Shown: in pieces, positions 1 to 12,112 of the stretch
How the letters are laid out: each line of letters opens with the position of its first letter
Numbering within the stretch: position 1 is the first letter of the stretch
Source: Octopus sinensis
Lineage: Eukaryota
Length of the DNA stretch: 64,000 nucleotides
Reading direction: 5' to 3'
Assembly (NCBI RefSeq): GCF_006345805.1
Contig: NC_042999.1
Location: 123,566,001-123,630,000, forward strand
Position numbers and translations under genes: made by a program
Notes under the pieces: model-generated
The model's input: only the letters and a program-made list of their open reading frames with translations
The model's database searches: none
What the model was told of the DNA's origin: nothing

Positions 1-1676
1 TCCATAAATTTAAGAAATAGTCTTGGATATAGCTGTAATGACACAGAGTACGATTCTTTCTAAAACTAGAACTAATGAGAAAAAGGTCAGGGCAGAAAAT
101 ACTATGTTAACCTATTATTGTGGATCCATAAATGGGTCCCAATCAAATAGACCTATGATCATAGATAGTTTTAACCCATGCCATCCTTTTTCCTTTTCAT
201 TTTTCAAGCACAACACATTTCATACTATATTGCCAATTAAGTCAATCTATTTTTAAATAGTGTGGTATTTTTAACTGATTAAATTTCTACAATGGGAGGC
301 TCTCATTAACTAAATGTTGTCAGTGTTCCTGTTGTATCTATACACATCGTAGTTTTGAGCAACTCAGTAGATATTTTATACTGACCAAACTCACTATCAT
401 ACATTTCTTTAAATTTCCTGTGTCTCTATATAATTTCATAGTTTCTTGTAATGAGAGATTAATCCAGGCTATTAAATCTTCACTTTCTTCGGAAGCAAAT
501 AGATCCAAATTTAGAAGTCACATTGAGCATTGATTTTGTAAGTTTTACTCCAAGTGTTTTCATCATAAACTCATTCTTACCTGCAAGAATGATTTCAAAA
601 TTATTTATCCATATAAATTAGAATTCTAGTGAGAGATAATGTAGTGGATATCTTCAATAAAAACTATGCATTATCTAAACAAAAGTAATTATACTCAAAA
701 AGTCAATTATTCCTACATTTCCAAGAATGAAGCAACCATAATTAGATAACTTTATAATTGGAAGGAGGTAGTAATTATATCAACTAACAAAAGCAATGTC
801 ACAGTTGTTTGGCTAAGACTTTTATGAGCAGGATTACTACTTACTAATATTAATTTCTATAATCCTATCAATCCTAAATAATACATAATCTCATTTATAC
901 CCAAGAACTTCTACCTTCTGCAACTGATTTAATAAAATATGCACAAAGTAATCTAAAGAATTGGAAATATACTTTGGGGAATCTCCATACTTAGACATTC
1001 ACACATTTAAGCTCTTGAAACATAAGTTTTTTGTGTAGCAAACTTAATAAGTATAGCCACAGAGTCTTATCACTCTTCCAAAACTTACAAAGGTGGGCTG
1101 AAAGGTTCCACAAAGCTGAAGGAGTGATGCTAGAGCTGTGAAAGCTTGCATGCATTAATTTCAAATCTTCTTATTAATAAATGCATTGTTTCTTTCCAGG
1201 CAAACTTGCATCTGACTGTCCGAAGAACATTTCAGAAGTAACTAGAGGGACTCCTCTTGAAAATGGACAAAATTCTTGGTTGGGTGTCTCTATGATCAAG
1301 TGCTATAAGTCTTAAATTAAATACGTAAATAAAAGAAGACAATGTAGACAAGTGACTTTCCTATATGTAAAAGCAAAGAAATCTTACAAGCTACTATATA
1401 TGACATGATATACCTTATATTACCTAGTAGTCCAAGGATTATGTAAATTACAGTCTATATGTTATATCATCAATGGACATTTTGTTTGTAAAGTCAATGT
1501 AAACAAACATCCATACAAAAGCCCATTTGTTTGATATACTTCCTCATGGATACTCAGCATGTTTATTCCCAACTTCACACTTAAACGTCCTTAATTTTAC
1601 TGATCCAGTAATTAAATGTTTAGAAAGAAGTTTTCTAATCAATGTTACAACTAATCAATAAACACTTTGCCACCAG

Positions 1677-1788
1677 CCAGGTTCAAAATTTCCCCAAGAC
1701 ACCTGATGAAGGCTGGAGGGTATATCAGCCGAAACGTTGTGTAAACAACAAACAAGATGAGGACAAATATCTGTCAAATGTAAATAAT
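1677..1788 (+). mobile_element. 5'-truncated copy of the hammerhead-bearing short retroelement (same family as 23.4-23.8 kb and 30.6-31.2 kb), nested in the mariner remnant
   Basis: CCAGGTTCAAAATTTCCCCAAGACACCTGATGAAGGCTGG...GTCAAATGTAAATAAT matches the arms of both inverted dimers. Confidence 0.85.
1699..1742 (+). ncRNA. Minimal type I hammerhead ribozyme motif, intact core
   Basis: Stem I ACAC/GTGT; core CTGATGA (1703-1709); one extra A; stem II GGCTG/CAGCC with a 10-nt loop; GAAA; palindromic stem III ACGT; cleavage triplet GUU (predicted cut 1738/1739). Confidence 0.75.
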
Positions 1789-3794
1789 ATATCTATTGTT
1801 GATGACTTTTTTAACCACAGGATGAAAGCTTCTTCATCAATGGGATCCAAGAACTGCAACTTGGATAGAAAGAAGTATGTGGATTGCAAGGAGGAGTATG
1901 TTGTAAAATAAACCTCATTTAGTCTCATTCCATGAGAATATTTTGGTCAGCCTATGAATTTTTCAGCTGACCCTCATAATCTAAAGTTTGCTAAATGCTT
2001 TAGAACAAGCCTCTGGGCCTGGAGTTGCTGATGTAACTTCACAGCTATAAAGAAAAAGGTATATATACTCTGCCTTGTGTTGAGCTTTAGTTCACTCCTT
2101 TTTTAAAACTGCACCTTTATATGTATTAATATTTTTTGCTGTTGTATATCAGAGGTAAAAAGTTGATACATCAGCACTTTTAAATAAAAATACCTTGTAT
2201 TTCTTCATCCTTTGTCACACTTGCCATTGTAAATGCATCAAATTAGTAATAAGTCTCTAGGAAATCTGTAGCCAATGATGCTATATTGTATGCATAAAAC
2301 AATGTACAGTATAAATAAATAAAATATATTAGACTTATTCTTCAGTATGAAATTTAAAAGCTATATGGTTTGCTTGTCTTTCAGTTAAGGTTAAAGTTTA
2401 CAATAATGCAATTCAAGTGAAGTATCATAAAGAATAAACTCCTGAACTTTAAAAATACTAAACAAAGAAAAGTAAAATCTCACAGATTCATCAATATATT
2501 ATTACCAATGTGGAGGTGAAAAAGCAGATATCAATTATTTAAAATCTCTTTAGCCATGATGTGAATTTCTACAAGAAATAGGTTTTGAAAACTGAGCTCA
2601 CGCTGGGGAGAATTATAAACAGCATCATAAACCACCTGAATAATCAGGATTTTCAATCATTAATCATTTAATCTGGAATGTTTCTTATTTGCAAGAAAAA
2701 TAGTTCTAGCAACATGATTGACATCATCATTTATTCGTGCATATGCATATGATTATGTATAAGTACAGGAGTAAGTACACATGCTTGCATTGGTGTTTAT
2801 GTCTGTGAGAATGAATGGAGTTAGATCGATGTGTTTATAAATTGTTCTCAAGAAGTTTTTTTTTTATTTTCTTCCTTCCAACACATTCATACGTATAGAT
2901 GTATGTACATATGTATGCTTGTCTGCATGCATGTGTGTAAATATGTTTTTATCACAGGTATATAAGATGTACATCTTTTTTTTTATGAAAACAAAGTATA
3001 AAAAAACCTTCTGGCAACAACTTATAATGAAAAATAGATTCAAGATGATAGACTGCATAACTAAACATTTCCACCTCCAAAGACGAGCATTTTATATTCA
3101 AGGCATAAAGTTGAAAAATAGTTTCAACCAGTTATCTTATTTATCCTCTTTTCTAAAGAAATAAAGAGAAAAATATTAAAAGCTTCAAAACATAGAACAT
3201 AAGTCAAAATAAATCCTCTGACAGGTATCCATAAGGGAGGAACTGCTATCATGTATTCTCATATAGTTTTTTTCTTAACTCTTGAAGAAATGTTTATAAA
3301 ACCACTGCCTGTTCCAAAGCAGCCAGCATCTCATGCATAACAAAACTTATTGTACATTATAACCTACAATCTACTTTTAAAATTATTCTTTTCTAACATT
3401 AGCCCTTGCTCATTCTTTAGTTTGTACTCATTTTGTATAATCTACTGATGAAATCATATTAAAATATGTTTATTTATGATGAAACTAAATATAACTGGCT
3501 AATGTAATTATTTGTGCTTGTTTTTATAAACTTGCTGTCACATTTATTTATGAGAACATACTTTCAGTTTATTAAGTTTTTGCTGGTAAATTTCCAAAAT
3601 TTGACCGCATATGGTTGCATGGTTAAAAAACCTGACTTCACGTCCACAGGATTCTAAGTTCAATGCCATCATCATGGGAATGTGCCTTCTAATGTAATCA
3701 TAGACTGACCAAATTCTTTATCAATGGAATTTCTAAAGGCTTGTGAAATTCCATTCATAAATTTATTTTATTCATGTGTATAATATTTACCAAA

Positions 3795-3975
3795 TACACA
3801 TACACACACATATATTTTGACATACATACACACACATATACATACATATATATATACATTTATTTATATATATACATACACATCTATATACATAATTATA
3901 TATACACATATATATACACACACAGATATATGTATATATATTATTTACATATAGGCATATATATATAAATATATA
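3795..3975. repeat. Compound (TA)n/(CA)n microsatellite
   Basis: Direct reading. Confidence 0.9.
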
Positions 3976-3999
3976 TCATGACATCTACAGACTATCATA

Positions 4000-4260
4000 T
4001 GTTATTATAAACCATTGGTCCCAATGCTTTTCCTTGCATTGTTATAGCATTTGAATAATGGCACCCTGCTGGGTTGGTGGGTGGGCCAACATTCACACTG
4101 AACAGATGCCAGCCCACTACAGGGTTAACTATTTATAGCTGAGTGGACTAGAGCAAAATGAAATGGAGTATTTTGCTCAAGAACGAAATGTGCACCCAAT
4201 TTGGAAATTGAAGCCTTGATCTTGCAGTCATGAGTGCAGTACTCTAATCATTTGGTTATA
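4000..4260 (-). mobile_element. tRNA-derived SINE (family C, with CCAGTCCACTCAGCT core)
   Basis: Reverse complement of the family seen at 43921, 56940 and 61030. Confidence 0.65.
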
Positions 4261-4404
4261 CAGCAGTTCAGTAAAAGAAACTGATAAGACAAGTGCCAGG
4301 CTTAAAAAGTAACAAATGGGGTCAATTCATTCAACTGAAATTTAAGATTCCAGCATGGCCACAGTCAAATGATTGAAACAAGTGAAAGAATAAAAGAATG
4401 TATG

Positions 4405-4612
4405 TGTGTGTATGTCTGTGTTTGACCCCTACCATCACTTGACAACTGATGCTGGTGTATTTACATACCCGTAACTTAGTGGTTCAGCAAAAGAGACCGA
4501 TAGGATAAGTACTAGGCTTACAAAGAATAAGTTTTGGGGTCGATTTGTTTGACTAAAGGTGGTGCTTCAGCATGGGCACAGTCAAATGACTGAAACTAAT
4601 AAAAGAATAAAA
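4405..4612 (+). mobile_element. 3' half of SINE family A
   Basis: CTTGACAACTGATGCTGG...GGGGTCGATTTG...CAGTCAAATGACTGAAAC...(TAAAAGAA) tail, shared with 10860 and 38685. Confidence 0.75.

Positions 4613-4614
<2 letters not shown>

Positions 4615-4670
<56 letters not shown>
4615..4670. repeat. (TA)n microsatellite
   Basis: Direct reading. Confidence 0.95.
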
Positions 4671-4672
<2 letters not shown>

Positions 4673-4820
4673 TCATCATCATCATTTAGCGTCCGTTTTC
4701 CATGCTAGCATGGGTTGGACGGTTCAACTGGGGTCTGGGGAGCCCGAAGGCTGCACCAGGCCAGTCAGATCTGGCAGTGTTTCTACAGCTGGATGCCCTT
4801 CCTAACGCCAACCACTCCGA
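4671..4820 (-). mobile_element. RTE LINE 3' tail, 5'-truncated, inserted in a (TA)n tract
   Basis: (CAT)n-TTAGCGTCCG...GGATGCCCTTCCTAACGCCAACCACTCC, near-identical to 12113-12265 and 61378-61525. Confidence 0.9.
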
Positions 4821-6271
4821 TATATATATATTTGGCCTATGTCAAATTGTTAACAAATGTTAAACCATTAAAATGAAATTTGGCAATTTAAAAGTTTAAG
4901 TTAAGATTAAGGTCACGTTTACTTAGAAGTTTTGCATAATTTTTTTTCTCCAGAAACCATACAATGATTTATTCAGCCCAATATTTAGAAAAGAATAACT
5001 AATAATGCATTAGCTCTGCAAGACAGACTGGCTGCTATTCTAATTTTGCATTGTTATTTTATTATTTTTATTTAAATGCATTTCTTTTTGAAATTAAAAA
5101 ATAATAATAAAAACTGGTATCATATTTTCCGGTGAAAGTGACCATATTTAAGAACAACGAGAATTTCAACAGGTGTCAGAATATGAAAACATATTTGTCA
5201 GTTGGATTCCCTTTCTTTTATTTTAAAAATTCAAAACTTTTTCACATAAATCATTCCAAAGAACTTGAAGAAATTTCATGCTTAAAATAATAAACACATT
5301 TTGCTGTGATGCAAAAATTAAGTGATCCTTCTAAGAAACAAGTGACATCCAACTCTATTTTTGAAATAATTCTGGTGTAGCATCAAAGCAAGGAAAGAAT
5401 ACTGTATATCTTTTTATTTCCTTTGATTAACATGAACAATATAAAAACATATCCAATAAAGAATAAGAATAAAGCATATCACTTGCTTATAGAGTACAAT
5501 ATCATTTCTCAAAAGCACTAAATTACAGAAAACTGTGATAAGTATAAAAGGAGCAAGAAGGTAATTGGCAAAAGCAGTAAATACAGGAATATCAGAATAT
5601 ACAGGAAGTTTATCATTCTGATATCATGTTTTTCAAAGAGACCATGAAAGACATATAACCCTTGTGAATGAAAAGCCTGTAATCAGGTCTACTATGATAA
5701 ATTAGATATCGAACTGAGCAAACCATATTACTCAAATAAAAGAGAAAGTGTTAGGAATGGTCAAAAATAAAGACAATAAATCATACCCATACAGAGTCTA
5801 TTATACAAAATAAAATCAGTTACATGAAATATCAAACTGTTAAATTGAAATTTGGCAAGTTAGAACACAAGTAAATCTGGCATCTTACAAAAGAAAAATC
5901 AATAAGGAAACGATAATGGTACTTAATAGACCAAACTATCCTAATTGACAAATGTCCAGACTTTGATGACATTCTGACATGGATAGACAAATTCTCTCAG
6001 GAAATTTTCCATGCATAGATTGCGTATTTATGAAGTCTACTTAGAAACATTTTAAAACTGAGTAACACTTTACAGAGGTGAAATATCTAAATTACAAGAA
6101 TAAAAGACATCTGAAATTTAAATATGTTTTTAAACAAAGTAAAACATATTTGCACAGGATCTTTTAAAATGAGTTGTAATCCTGGTAACGCTACACAAAA
6201 TAACCCACAATCACACATGTATTCAAAGAGACATATAAATTTATACTAGACAATTGGAATTTGATGCAACT

Positions 6272-6345
6272 TTCTGGCTTGCCAGATCCTGTCAAACTGT
6301 CCAACCCATGTCAGCATGGAAGAAAAGATGATGATGATGAAAATG
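6272..6345 (+). mobile_element. Short RTE 3' tail fragment
   Basis: TGTCAAACTGTCCAACCCATGTCAGCATGGAA followed by (GAT)n. Confidence 0.7.
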
Positions 6346-6369
6346 ATGAAATACATTATTACATTTGAG

Positions 6370-7545
6370 TAATATTGGTTCCAAATTTTGTCACAAGGCC
6401 AGAAAATTCAGGTGGAGAGAGTAAGTCAATTACATTGACCCCAGTGTTCAACTGGTACTTATTTTATCAACACTAAAAGGATGAAAGACAAAGTCAACAT
6501 TGACAGAATTTGAATTTACAAATGTAAAGACAGACAAAATGCCACTAAAGATTTTGCCTGGTGTGCTGACAATTCTGCCAGCTCACTACCTCAAAAGATG
6601 TAGATATTCTTCCTTGGGTGGAAACATCTATCCTTAAATCCGTAAAAGTGTTTTAGCCTGAAGGTCGCGGCCATGCTGGGGCACCACCACTGATCTGAGT
6701 AATATTGTTTTCAAATTTTGGCACAAAGCCAGCAATTTTGGGGTAGGGTGGAGTAAGTTAATTAAATTGGTCCCATTACTCAGCTGGTACTCATTTTATT
6801 GACCCCCCAAAAGGATAAAAGGCAGAGTCAAGCCCAGCAGAATTTGAATTCAGAACATAAAGGTAGATGAAAATGCCACTAAGAATTTTGCCTAACATTT
6901 TATAAGCAATTTTGGAGATGACACTGATTTACAGTATCAGTCTGTTGTTGTAAGTTTTATTATTTTTGGCGTAAAAAGATATAACTCAATACAGCATATT
7001 TAAAAACATGGCTGTTAAGATTTTTTTAGATAGATTATTAAACAGAAATGTAGAAATTTTCCTTTTTACTTATCTTTTTGTATGAGGTAAAAATAATGAA
7101 TTCAAAATTTGGCACAACACCAGCAATTTTAAGGGGAGGGGTAAGTCAATTACATCATTCCTAGTACTTGAATGGTACTTTATTTTAATGATCCCAAAAG
7201 ACAACAAGCAAAGTTCAGCTCAGTGGAATTTGGATAGAAATGTTGCAAATCATTTTGTCCAATAAGCAAATAATTCTTATTTCTTTATTACCCACAAGGG
7301 GCTAAACATAGAGGGGACAAATAAGGACAGACAAAGGGATTAAGTCGATTACATCGACCCCAGTGCATAACTGGTACTTAATTTATCGACCCCGAAAGGA
7401 TGAAAGGCCAAGTTGACCTTGGCGGAATAAGAACTCAGAAGGAAACAGCAGATGAAATACCGCTAAGCATTTCACCCGGCATGCTAACGTTTCTGCCAGC
7501 TCGCCACCTTTAAACAAATAATTCTGCCAGCTCATTGCCTTATGA
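6370..7545 (-). mobile_element. Cluster of ~4 co-oriented SINE family B copies
   Basis: Repeated AACTGGTACTT..TTTATCGACCCCGAAAGGATGAAAGG(C)AAAGT.GAC...GAATTTGAACTCAGAA motif at ~6450, 6780, 7170 and 7370. The youngest copy is 7280-7510. Confidence 0.8.
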
Positions 7546-9954
7546 AATAAAGATAGCAGAAATTATTTTGAATATCTTCATTATCAAATAGTTTCATTCT
7601 ATAAATACTGTGGTAAAAGCTAGAAATAACAGGTCAATTGACATTGGGACGTAACTTACCACCTTTAAAAAGGAAGAAGTTATAGTGTAGCTCTAGATAC
7701 ATTATGTCACAAAAACAATGAGATGGCTAAGTCTGAAACACCTTTGATCCTAGATCTGCTAGTTCAGTATTAATCTGGTATTAAACAACAAGAAAGTTCA
7801 TCACAATGTTATTTGTTGCTTTTCTTAGATGATATAGAAACTATATGTCACCTTAGATAAACATGAATGGACGACTGTCACTTTTATCGAGCATTACTAA
7901 TTATGAGTGACCACACAAAAGTTCCTTTGTGATTCACATTGAATTTTGCTTCAGTTAAGAGTGACGTGGTTTTATTAATAAAAACATTATCTTCTCATTA
8001 AAAGTTATATAATTAAGAAGCAAGTGTATTCGTATTAAAGTATTGGATAAAGAAAGTAAATCAATGGAACTTGTGTTGTAAAGTAATGCTATGAGAATGT
8101 CTAATTAATTAATTAATATTTTAGGTAAGATAAGACAAATTATTCAATATTTTTAAAAAGAATATATAAAATGAGTTTCTTGGCAGCTAAAACTGGGATT
8201 TGGGTTGAATTCTTGCAGTATGTTGCTTGTTTGGCACTGGTCAGAGAATATTCATAATATTTGTTGTTTTTAGATAAGAAAAGGAATTTTAAATATTCAG
8301 TTCTGTTATTTAACTATTGACTAGAAAAATATAGAACTTGTCTGAATTAACCTCATGCTATTTTCCAGCTGAGTTAGGTTAAGTAACAACTTCTAAAATG
8401 AGAGAAATTATTTTGTAATTTCTCAAGGCTATCGAAATTACAACTAAACTTCTAACAAAGTCACTTGGTTTATCTCAGTAGCAAATTAAGCCTTTCTATC
8501 TTGGGTATTTCCCCTCATAGTCAATCTCCCCCAGTGTCCTTTAAGGTGTTTCTTGAGCATTATAGACTGTATCAGCTCCGTTCTTATTGTCTTTCACTCA
8601 CATTTAGTATGTTCTGAGAATGTTCTCCAGTAGCAAGATCAACATGTTGGCTGTGGTTGACAGTATGATACTGAGGTTTGCCACCTTTTCAAAAGGTTTC
8701 AGCATTTTGGTTAGTAACTGGACAGATCAAACTACATATATACAAAATATATAAAGTGCAAAATAATAGACAAATACTAAAAATTAGTTGGGCCTAAAAA
8801 AAAGCCTCTGAGAAGAATAAGCACAGTTTGAAAAACAAAACTCTTCTACAACTACCAAACAAAGTAATACTTAGAATTAAGGAAGTAAAACAAGACTTGG
8901 GAAATAATCTACTTGAGCAAATGGTACAAATTGTATAAATAAGTTAAAGATTGATGTATAGAATTCTTTACTGAAATTTCTATTCTCGTTGGAGAAAATA
9001 TATTTAAAAGAACCTGGTCACAGTTATTAGAAACTGTTGATGAAAAAGGGAGAAAAATTTTATTAGATTAGCAAAATCTCTCAACATTGATTTACATGCT
9101 TAGGAGAAAGCCTGATCTTGCAGGCAAGAGTTAGCCATGAACATGTTTCAGTGTAGGCCTCATGAACATAGTATCTTGTATTCAAATCTGTTTTATTTGT
9201 TGACAAAGACTTTTCCATAAAGAAAAGGGTTTACAAACTGCACAGTGTCACTTGTAATTTTTTGTAGGGGTGGGGGGTGAGGTAGGAAGTCATTTATGTA
9301 AAGTCAAGAATTCATCAAAATATTGTGCTTGGTAATGTATTTGGAGAAAACAGTCAGCTGTATAGGGTAACACTGGAGAAGTTAAAGGGATTCATCATCA
9401 TACCTTAAATGAGGATAAAGATGATTTAGGCCATAAAGGAAACACAAGAACATTTGCTTAAAGACTCCTCTCATAGAATACTTGAGTAGATCAGCAGTAA
9501 AGACAGTGATTCTTTATCTGCATTCTGTTGTCATATTATAGCATTAAAATATCTCTTGAAATGTTCATGCCAAATATCCAACACACTAGTTACTATAAAC
9601 AGCCATAACCTCTTCCCTCCTAAAATACATCATCGTCATGTATTTGCCTCTACCACACAATTTTTCTCTCCATCAGCATACATTTCTCTTTTTACTCAAT
9701 TAACCAAACAATATTTTTGCAATTCTTTGTTGGTTGTTCATAATACTTTCCTACCTTGCATTTCATAAATGTTGCATAAACTACAAAGTTAAGATCAATA
9801 TTAACTGCAGTAAACTCAATGTTCTCCATAGATTTTCAGGGCTCACTGAGTTAATAGTAATGTCAGCACATAATTTCAGAGCCAGCTAAACTTTTTTCAC
9901 ATATCACCACATATTGTAATGTGAGAATATATTACATATAGCCAATAATTAAAA

Positions 9955-10185
9955 TCTATACAGATATATAATATATATGTATCTGTATATATATCATATA
10001 TAAAATATATCTGTATATGTACATATATATATTTGTATATGTATTATATATATATATATATATATAGAATATACATATCTGTATATATGTATTTAATATA
10101 TATATATATACACATAAACACACACACATATACATACACACACATACAAACACACACACATATATATGTATGTATGCATACATAC
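9955..10185. repeat. Compound (TA)n/(CA)n microsatellite
   Basis: Direct reading. Confidence 0.9.
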
Positions 10186-10859
10186 TGTGTCTTTCAGGGG
10201 AAACTTCTTTTGACACTAATTTATTGCTTGATTTGAAATGCTATAGATTGCTTGGAATCTCTCTTTAAAAAGATACATCCCATCTCAATTTCAGCCAGAG
10301 TAGAAGTGGTAATTCTTAGTAACCATATTTCTAATTCATTCAGTTTTTCTTCCTATTGTTGTACAAGGTAGAACTATCCCCTGTGTGCAATACAGGGATA
10401 ATAAAGAGTAATAAAAGAAAATATGTTTCCTAAATATCTCAACATTTTTTTTTGAAAAAAGAATTTCCCATCTGAATTCTGAATTGATTATTCAGAAATA
10501 TTTCACCAGTCAAAGCTTCAGTATTGAAAATTGGTTCATTGCCATCTGACACCTTTTAATTTTGATAAATAGCCAAAATAGTCAACATGTTTTAAAAAAA
10601 GATATGTGCAGTTTCAAAAGATCTCAGGCTTTTCTTTTTGACACCTAAATAAAGTCAATATGGAAATATCCTCATCGCTCAAAGTTTTACAAAAAATACA
10701 TCATGCATGATCATGTTACTCAGTGATACAGATCTTATTGGGGTATTTCAAATATATTTTATTTAACAGATAAATAGCTTATATTATACAGTTCCTAACA
10801 AAAGAATATTAAAAATTTATGCCATAAAGATTTATAAATATAAAAGTTTATGAGGCTCA

Positions 10860-11235
10860 GGCATGGCCGTGTGGTAGGAAATTTGCTTCCGAACCACATG
10901 GTTCTGGGTTCAGTTCCATTGCGTGGCACCTTGGGTAAGTGTCTTCTACTATAACCTTGGGCTGACCAAAGCCTTGAGTGTAGATTCAGTAGATGGAATC
11001 TGAAAAAAAGCTCATTGTATATGTGTGAGTGTTTGTTACCCATCCCTGCTTGACAACTGGTGTTGATCTGTTTGCATTTCTGTAACTTGGCAGTTCGGCA
11101 AAAGAGGCTGAGAGAATAAGTACAAGATTTAACAAAAACGAATAAGTAAATAAAATATGTACGAAGGGGTCGATTCATTCAACTAAAAATTCTTCATGGC
11201 AGTGTCTCGGCATGGTCACAGTCTAATGACTGAAA
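10860..11235 (+). mobile_element. Near full-length tRNA-derived SINE (family A)
   Basis: Head GGCATGGCCGTGTGGTAG...GGGTTCAGTTCCA with A/B-box-like motifs, GGGTAAGTGTCTTCTACTATA core, short TG tract, and 3' part shared with other copies. An inverted head fragment follows at ~11255-11315. Confidence 0.85.
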
Positions 11236-11597
11236 TGTGTAGAAGAGCCCAAAGTAAACCTGGAACCATGTGGTTGGGATACAAGCTTCTTACCAGACAG
11301 CCATGCCTGTGCCTATAAATACAATGAATTTATAAGGTGAATAAATACTTATTCCTAAAAAAGTAACTTATCTTTTGGTTATTTTTTCAATTTAAGTAAG
11401 TTATCATATTTTTATGCATAATTGCATAAAAACATATTCATGATTGAAATTGTTTTCAACAAACACAAAAGACCCACACAAATCTCTAACATCCATTTAA
11501 GTGTTAGAATTGAGCAGAGAATAACCTGGCACATATCCTTTTCCATAACCTTGTGAGTGGAAATGGTAGAAGGAAGCTAAAAGAAGTTCATCATTCA

Positions 11598-11628
<31 letters not shown>

Positions 11629-12112
11629 GTGTGTGTGTGCGTGTGTCTAGAGACAGGAAGGGCACCTGGCCATAGAAAATTTGCCTCAACCATCCAACTG
11701 ATGCAAACATAAAAATGAATGTTAAATAATGATAATAATATATATATTTATAATTTTCTGTGTGTACAGTTAGATGTATGACTGCCACTAGTGAATTTAG
11801 GGTTCTACACATATAGCTTCTTCATCCAGACTGCTTCCAGTAAGGCAGTGTGGTTACTACTGTATTTAATAGCATTACTCATTATAGAATATACGAAAAA
11901 GAAAGCATTTGTTTAGTGTTAATATAGTGCAATAAAGTATAACTCTGAGGAACCACTGTGGATCTTCATCCAAACACACTATGAACACCTAGTGGAGAGA
12001 ATGCAAATAACAAAAATGGTAAAACATGCGTAAGGAATAAAGGGTGTAGACAGCAACTTGTTTATTATACTTTTTCATAGCCACATCACACATGCATGCA
12101 CTCTTATATATA

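Larger units (their letters stand above)
1088..1976 (+). mobile_element. Internally deleted mariner-like DNA transposon remnant
   Basis: Degenerate TIRs (CAAAGGTGGGCTGAAAGGTTCC at 1088; reverse complement TGAGGGTCAGCTGAAAAATTCATAGGCTGAC ending 1976), each flanked by TA. ATG GAC AAA ATT start-like segment at ~1263. C-terminal peptide DFFNHRMKASSSMGSKNCNLDRKKYVDCKEEYVVK* resembles a mariner C-terminus. The two ends could belong to different copies. Confidence 0.6.

Noticed and set aside
1089-1240. Exon-like splice signals on both strands (minus 1089-1135; plus acceptor at 1199)
   Set aside because: They lie inside the 5' end of the mariner remnant.
1974-2233. Two-exon minus-strand mini-ORF MASVTKDEEIQ/AVKLHQQLQAQRLVLKHLANFRL*
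   Set aside because: Phase-compatible but very short; the stop codon comes from the mariner TIR; no homology recognised.
10860-10930. tRNA-like sequences with A/B boxes (many copies)
   Set aside because: They are SINE heads continuing into repeat bodies; no complete cloverleaf is evident.
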